Positions 58,397 to 64,000 of a stretch of 64,000 nucleotides of DNA are shown here, one piece after another. The notes under the pieces are model-generated. The model had not been told where the DNA came from and made no database searches. It worked only from the letters and a program-made list of their open reading frames with translations. Source of the DNA: Candidatus Hodarchaeota archaeon. GTDB taxonomy: Archaea; Asgardarchaeota; Lokiarchaeia; Sigyniarchaeales; SOKP01. The number at the start of each line of letters is the position of its first letter. The first letter of the stretch is position 1. The stretch is from positions 32,001-96,000 of the forward strand of contig JBHLJY010000004.1 in the NCBI GenBank assembly GCA_048887225.1, in the 5' to 3' direction. The translations under genes were made by a program, and so were the position numbers.

Positions 58397-59197
58397 TTGG
58401 CTAAAAAGAAAAAAGAACCGCAAGAAGAGAAAGAAGGAAATGATGATACACTCGATTTAGACTTTGAGGAAGATTTTGAAGAGGATCTCGACCTTGAAGA
58501 AGAACTAGATTTACTTGACACCGAGAATTTAGAAGCAGAGTTAGAAAAAGAGGAAAAATTAATTGACAAAGATGAGGCTCAGAAACAACTATATTTATCT
58601 TGTGGAATACACATCGGTACTAAGTTATTATCTGGCGATGCCCGAAGATTTATCTACAGGCAGACTAATTATGGATTATACGTCATCGATTTAACTCAAA
58701 CTGACGAACGTTTAAACATTGCAGCAAAATTTTTAAGCAAATATGTTGAGGAAGGAAGCGATAGAGTTATTGTCAGTTCCGTTCGACGATATGGTAAGGA
58801 ACCCGTTCAGAAATTTTGCGAGGTGCTTGGATGCAGAGCTATTATTAATCGTTTTATTCCTGGAAGCTTGACAAATCCAATTATCGAAACTTACATTAAG
58901 GATGCCTCAGTAGTCGTCATTGTTGACCCGCATGCCGATAAAGTGGTTTTACGAGAAGCTCAATTAGCTAGAATACCGGTGATTTCTATATTTGACACTG
59001 ATGATACTCTTACTGGCATTGATCTTGCTATTCCAGCTAATAATCGAGGTAAAAAAGCACTTGGTTTAACATTTTGGCTGCTAGCTAGACAAATCATGCT
59101 TGAATTAGGAAAAATCTCGAGTGAGGACGAATTTCCTTATACTCTAGAAGAATTTACGAGCAAGATAACACCAGTTTATCGTCCACAACAAACATAA
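58397..59197 (+). CDS. rps2: 30S ribosomal protein uS2 with acidic N-terminal extension
   Basis: GIHIGT, RFIPGSLTN, DP..D, IPANNRG..ALGL.FWLLAR. Confidence 0.95.
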   Translation: MAKKKKEPQEEKEGNDDTLDLDFEEDFEEDLDLEEELDLLDTENLEAELEKEEKLIDKDEAQKQLYLSCGIHIGTKLLSGDARRFIYRQTNYGLYVIDLTQTDERLNIAAKFLSKYVEEGSDRVIVSSVRRYGKEPVQKFCEVLGCRAIINRFIPGSLTNPIIETYIKDASVVVIVDPHADKVVLREAQLARIPVISIFDTDDTLTGIDLAIPANNRGKKALGLTFWLLARQIMLELGKISSEDEFPYTLEEFTSKITPVYRPQQT

Positions 59198-59324
59198 ATT
59201 ATTAATTATTGAATTCTCTATAAAAATAGATTTTAGTTCCTTACCATAATTCATATATATCTTTTAAAATATGGATATTTTAATTCAATTTGCATTAATT
59301 ATACAAATTTGATGTGATATAACG

Positions 59325-60101
59325 ATAAAAAAAATTATTGCTTTTTCTGGTAAAGGAGGCGTTGGGAAAACTACTGCTTTAGTTTTGTTTTTAAAATATA
59401 TTCTCGAGACCAAAAATAAACCAGATGTTTTAGTTATAGATTCCGATCCAGATGCTAATATTGCTGATGTGATTGGTGAAGAAGTAAGATTTTGCGACAC
59501 TATTGGCGGAAAGATGAAGGTCTTAAAGGATAAAATTCAAAAACAAAAGTTACCCCCCGATATGCCAAAAAATCAAGTAATAGAATCAGATGTTTTTGAG
59601 TGTCTTATTGAAATGGATGCGTTCGATCTTTTAGAGATGGGTAGACAAGAAGGAGAGGGCTGTTATTGTTTCATTAATTCTGTCCTAAAGAATGTTATAG
59701 ACACTTTATCTAAAAATTACGACTTTACCCTCTTAGATTCACCAGCTGGTTTGGAGCATTTTGCTCGAAAAACGGGTAGAAACGTTACCGATCTCGTCAT
59801 AGTAACAGACCCGAGTAAGATGGGTATTCACACGATGAAACGCATACTTGAAATAACTAATGAATTAGATTTGAAATTTGAAAATGTCTGGGTTCTTGGG
59901 AATCGTTTCCCCGAAAATCTTAGAGATGTTTTAGAAAATGAAGTAGAAAAGTTAAAAGACGGTAACATTCATTTGTTAGGATTCATTTCAAATGATGACG
60001 AGATTAGTAGAATTAACCTAACAGGAGGAAATTTATTAGAAATTCCTAAAGAAAATCCCTCTTATAAACAAGCTAAAGAAATATTCGGAAAAATTGTCTA
60101 A
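59325..60101 (+). CDS. cooC: CooC/MinD-family ATPase (CODH nickel-insertion accessory type); apparent non-canonical start
   Basis: SGKGGVGKTT lies in frame upstream of the ORF-track start; DSDPDAN, EGCYC, DSPAGLEH. Confidence 0.85.
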   Translation: MKKIIAFSGKGGVGKTTALVLFLKYILETKNKPDVLVIDSDPDANIADVIGEEVRFCDTIGGKMKVLKDKIQKQKLPPDMPKNQVIESDVFECLIEMDAFDLLEMGRQEGEGCYCFINSVLKNVIDTLSKNYDFTLLDSPAGLEHFARKTGRNVTDLVIVTDPSKMGIHTMKRILEITNELDLKFENVWVLGNRFPENLRDVLENEVEKLKDGNIHLLGFISNDDEISRINLTGGNLLEIPKENPSYKQAKEIFGKIV

Positions 60102-60205
60102 ATTGTTATCTATTTTTATTAAAATTAAAACTATTTTAGACTAGTAGGATTATAGTTATTTATTCATTATCAGTATTTAAAATATAAAAAAATTATAGAT
60201 CTAAA

Positions 60206-62029
60206 ATGGTTAAATACACTGGAAGTGAAATTATTTCCAAATATTTAATTAAGGAAGGAGTAAAATACGTTATTGGCATCCCTGGGCATGGATGTCTTGC
60301 TCTAGTAGATGCTTTCTATAAAGATAGGGATAACCTTACTCTTATTCAACCTAAGCAAGAAATGGCGGGTATACATCTCGCAGTTGGATATTATAGAATA
60401 ACAGGTAAACCCTTAGTAGTTTTCACATCCATAGGACCAGGTGCTATCAATACCGCCATAGGTTTGGCCGATGCATATGTGGATTCGATGCCCGTTTTGT
60501 GTATTACTGGGGATACTCACGTACATATGCGAGGTAAAGGTGTTTTACAAGAAATTGAACGATCAAGAGATTCGGATTTGCCAAGAATTTTAGAACCTAT
60601 AGTCAAACGAAGCTGGCAGGTGAGTGATGTAAAGCAGCTACCAACTATAATGCAACGATCATTTAATCAAATGCTACAAGGCCGTCGAGGACCTGTGCAT
60701 ATTGACCTACCAATGGACGTTCAGGCAGAGGCAATTGATATAAAAATCCCTGAACCTTTAGAAAGAAGAGCTGCAGGCAGGATCTTAGGAGATCCTAAAC
60801 AAATTAAAGAAGCAGTAAAATTATTAAAAGATGCAAAAAGACCGGTATTATTTTTAGGTGGAGGCGTGGTAGCATCTGAAGCATTTTCAGAAATTAAAGA
60901 ATTAGCAGTAAAGATCGGGGCTGCTGTTGTGGTTACAATGATGGCAAAAGATGCTTTCCCAAATGATCATCCCTTATTTTGTTGGTCTGCTGGTAGCAAA
61001 GGAACTACAATTGGATTAAAAATGACATCAACTGCTGATGTAATTTTGGCAGTTGGGTGTCGTTTTGCTGATGAAACCGCAAGTTCATATAAAGATGGTG
61101 TGAGCTTTTCAATCCCTCCCACGAAACTTATACAAATTGATATTGATCCTCATGAAATCGGTAAAAATTACCCAGTTGCAGTAGGAATAATAGGTGACGC
61201 TAAAGCGTGTTTGAAACAAATAAATGAAACTTTAAACGCCGAATATTTTTTAAAAAATTATGAGAGTACAGATTTTTTTAAGGAAATGCAAGAAGAAAAC
61301 AAAAAATGGTTTGAATTTATTGATAAACATCGGGACGATTCGAAAGTTCCTGTCATGATTTCCACTGTGCTTAAAGAAGTGAGAAAGTTTTTCGATAGGG
61401 AAGCTGTAATCGTCACAAGTTCTGGAAACGTTCAAGCTCAAATGCTTCAAGAATTAGAATTTTACGAACCTAAAACTTGTATAACTGCTGGTGGTTTCTC
61501 TACTATGGGCTATAGTGTACCTGCTGCAATAGGGGCCAAATTGGGTTCAATTGATATTGGTAAACTTAATCGCCAAGTAGTTGCTCTTGTTGGTGATGGC
61601 GATTTCATGATGACTCTTTCTGAGCTCTCAGTTGCGGTTCAATTAGGTTTGGATAATATTTTCTTTATTGTAATAAATAACCATGGTTGGATTGCGATTA
61701 AAGACCTTCAGCAAGCCGCTTTTGGAGAAATTCGAGGTTATGGAACGGCTTTTAAAGATAAAGATGGAAATACTTATTCACCTGATTTTGCAAAAATAGG
61801 GGAAGCCTTTGGTTGTTATGCCGAGAAAATTTCAAAAAAAGAAGAGATTATACCTGCCTTGGAAAGAGCAGCTAAATCCCGTCAACCTGCTGTTATAGAA
61901 ATCTTAGTGAATCGTGAGTTTCCCTATACTGGAAGCCCAGCCATGGGTTGGTGGGATGTTCCAATTCCAGAATATTTAACGGAACGCCGAAAAAAATACG
62001 AAGAAGAAATAAAGGGAGAAAAATTATAA
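60206..62029 (+). CDS. Thiamine-diphosphate-dependent enzyme (acetolactate synthase/IolD-like)
   Basis: GIPGHG, QE, TSIGPG, GPVHIDLP.D, STMGY, GDGDF...NN. Confidence 0.88.
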   Translation: MVKYTGSEIISKYLIKEGVKYVIGIPGHGCLALVDAFYKDRDNLTLIQPKQEMAGIHLAVGYYRITGKPLVVFTSIGPGAINTAIGLADAYVDSMPVLCITGDTHVHMRGKGVLQEIERSRDSDLPRILEPIVKRSWQVSDVKQLPTIMQRSFNQMLQGRRGPVHIDLPMDVQAEAIDIKIPEPLERRAAGRILGDPKQIKEAVKLLKDAKRPVLFLGGGVVASEAFSEIKELAVKIGAAVVVTMMAKDAFPNDHPLFCWSAGSKGTTIGLKMTSTADVILAVGCRFADETASSYKDGVSFSIPPTKLIQIDIDPHEIGKNYPVAVGIIGDAKACLKQINETLNAEYFLKNYESTDFFKEMQEENKKWFEFIDKHRDDSKVPVMISTVLKEVRKFFDREAVIVTSSGNVQAQMLQELEFYEPKTCITAGGFSTMGYSVPAAIGAKLGSIDIGKLNRQVVALVGDGDFMMTLSELSVAVQLGLDNIFFIVINNHGWIAIKDLQQAAFGEIRGYGTAFKDKDGNTYSPDFAKIGEAFGCYAEKISKKEEIIPALERAAKSRQPAVIEILVNREFPYTGSPAMGWWDVPIPEYLTERRKKYEEEIKGEKL

Positions 62030-62059
62030 TATATTAATCCTCTTCCAAAAATGATATTA

Positions 62060-62875
62060 TTATGATTTTGAAAATCCTCCATGATGAAATTCGATACTAA
62101 AATTTAGGTGGTTGTCCTCGCAATATTTCTTGATTTCTTCTTCTATCAAATCCCATCCTATACGATCTCTTCTTAACTCTTGATATGTAGATAAAAGTTT
62201 AGGGTAATTTTTTTTAATTATTTGGAAAATACGGGGAATATTATGAGGTCGAAAATTTAAATTTTCAAACATATAATAATCTGTAAAATTTATCGATTCT
62301 TGAATTATTTTGCGAAAATCTGTTATTTCTGGAAAAAACGGAGATAAGAAAACATAAGTCTTGATTTTATTATCATGTAGTTTTTTAATCACATTTAATC
62401 TTTCGATTGGTCTTGATGCCCCCCGTTCAATGACTTTTGAAAATTCCTCATCTAATGTACTAATTGAAATTCCAACTTCGATATTTTCAAATTTTTTAAA
62501 TAAATCAATATCTCTTGCTACAAATTTTGATTTAGTGAGAACTGTAACTCTTGCTTTAGTTCCAATAAGTTTTTCTAAGATTTTTCGAGTATTCTGATAC
62601 TTTAATTCTAAAGGAATATAGGGATCTGTTACTGAACTAAGTAAGATTGTCTTTTCATTATATTTCTCGGGCTTTATTTTGTTTAAATCAAAAATTTTAA
62701 TATCTAAAAATTGTCCCCACTTATCACCTTTATGATTTGTAAATCTAATCATGAATTCAGCATAACAATAAACACAACCATGCTGACACCCAATATAAGG
62801 ATTAATGACAAAATCTACTCCAGGTATATTGCTTTTAGTTATAATTCCTTTAGCTTCTCGAAAGTTGATTTTCAT
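62060..62875 (-). CDS. Radical SAM protein (spore photoproduct lyase-like)
   Basis: NPYIGCQHGCVYCYA, SSVTDPY, LTKS. Confidence 0.88.
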   Translation of the reverse strand: MKINFREAKGIITKSNIPGVDFVINPYIGCQHGCVYCYAEFMIRFTNHKGDKWGQFLDIKIFDLNKIKPEKYNEKTILLSSVTDPYIPLELKYQNTRKILEKLIGTKARVTVLTKSKFVARDIDLFKKFENIEVGISISTLDEEFSKVIERGASRPIERLNVIKKLHDNKIKTYVFLSPFFPEITDFRKIIQESINFTDYYMFENLNFRPHNIPRIFQIIKKNYPKLLSTYQELRRDRIGWDLIEEEIKKYCEDNHLNFSIEFHHGGFSKS

Positions 62876-62906
62876 ATAATAACTAGAGCATATAATTAAA
62901 AATAAA

Positions 62907-63998
62907 TCAGATGGCGTAAATTGAGAATTTTGTATCTAATTTTCTTCTTAGGATCCTAGGAAAATTGAAATTTTTAGAATAATAATTAAATATAAGAATA
63001 TCAATTCTTTTCTGTTCATTAATATAATTGTAATCTAAATCTCTTTTCTTTTCTTCAATTATTTTTTTGACAAGTTGCTCTACCAGCTCTTTAGTGTTAT
63101 TATCAGGTTCTATAAATGGTAGAGCATGAATACCTGTTATTTGAATACTGCTAGTATTATTTATGATTCCTTTAGCAAGGTAATTATATAAAGAGCTGTT
63201 TAATAGGCCTAACGCGTACTCTACTGAAATAGAATTGTTCTTAACAATAAATCCAATAGCTTTGTTCGAATCCCAATAACATCCACTTGGCATATAACGA
63301 GCTGCAAGTCTAGAGCTAACACCACTTATAACAATTCCTTCTTCTTCAAAGGGAACATTTTTAGGAATATCGTAAATTGGAAGTGAATTTTTATCCCATT
63401 CTAATGCTTCCATAATAGGTCTATAGTATTGATCTGCTCCACCTCTCTTCAAATATGGTTTCCATCTATCAGTTTCAAATTCATCCTTCGTTATGATTTT
63501 ATATTTCTTATTAGGATCTATTGTTTTCTCATTTCGCTTTTTAAAGATATTTGCTAATTTAGTCCCCTCAACGGCAGCAATATATTTTAAATTATTATGC
63601 GTATGCATACCGATATGCCCTTTAATGTGAGCTTCCAATCTTGACGAATTTTCAAATAAATTGATAATTTCTTCTTCTACATCGGTAAAAAACAAATTAT
63701 ATGGTAATAGATGATATTTCTTCTGTTTAAATTTATTTATAATTTTAGGTTTTTGATATTCATCTTCATTTTTAACTCTCGGGATGATTCTCATTATATT
63801 TTCTTTTCTCTGAATTCGATTCTCTTTACCAACACATTTCTCAAGGATTATTATAACAGGATTAGTACTCACATCTTGACTCTCAAAAAGATCTTTTGGT
63901 GCTAATAATATTTCGCTGATTTTACAATTTTCTAAAATGAATTTCCTAAATTTTGTGTGCGTATTGAGAGTTAGAAAGGAATCACTGATTATAAAACC
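62907..63998 (-). CDS. N6-adenine DNA methyltransferase / type IIG R-M protein, C-terminal part (runs off window)
   Basis: Frame open to the window edge: GFIISDSFLTL..HTKFRKFIL...LF....V...IIIL; TaqI-C-like region PYLKRGG...LGLLNSSL...LP. Confidence 0.8.
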   Translation of the reverse strand, partial: GFIISDSFLTLNTHTKFRKFILENCKISEILLAPKDLFESQDVSTNPVIIILEKCVGKENRIQRKENIMRIIPRVKNEDEYQKPKIINKFKQKKYHLLPYNLFFTDVEEEIINLFENSSRLEAHIKGHIGMHTHNNLKYIAAVEGTKLANIFKKRNEKTIDPNKKYKIITKDEFETDRWKPYLKRGGADQYYRPIMEALEWDKNSLPIYDIPKNVPFEEEGIVISGVSSRLAARYMPSGCYWDSNKAIGFIVKNNSISVEYALGLLNSSLYNYLAKGIINNTSSIQITGIHALPFIEPDNNTKELVEQLVKKIIEEKKRDLDYNYINEQKRIDILIFNYYSKNFNFPRILRRKLDTKFSIYAI

Positions 63999-64000
63999 TA

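Noticed and set aside
1-64000. Selenoprotein genes or SECIS elements expected near the Sec machinery
   Set aside because: The TGA-terminated ORFs I examined (eL32, second Nudix, 11068 ORF, methyltransferase) gave no sign of a Sec read-through extension, and no SECIS was identified by eye; not exhaustively excluded

Overview
Low-GC archaeal chromosomal window, most likely Asgard (Lokiarchaeia/Promethearchaeota-like). The assignment rests on archaeal ribosomal proteins, eukaryote-signature proteins (Vps28-like, Roadblock), a Loki-type C-terminal anchor and Sec machinery. Contents: the end of the spc ribosomal operon (L32e-L19e-uL18-uS5-uL30-uL15), detached from secY; a selenocysteine cluster (selB, tRNA-Sec, SepSecS); L34e-cmk-L14e-tRNA-Ser facing uL11-uL1-uL10-P1-secY-EMC3/DUF106; thiamine and cobalamin-type ECF genes; shikimate genes; leuCD-like genes; uS2; CooC; and the 3' part of a DNA methyltransferase. 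Three results stand out. (1) The essential uL11 gene is split by two short introns (36 and 28 nt) with bulge-helix-bulge (BHB) junctions; cutting them by the tRNA-endonuclease rule restores an intact 165-aa uL11, which points to pre-mRNA splicing of a ribosomal-protein gene. (2) All three tRNA genes carry 2-3 BHB introns each, including a two-intron tRNA-Sec and a three-intron tRNA-Ile with a UAU anticodon. (3) Four copies of a 28-bp 11-6-11 dif-like site occur as two direct-repeat pairs bracketing accessory surface/secreted-protein genes. All structures were derived by hand from the sequence; no database searches were run.
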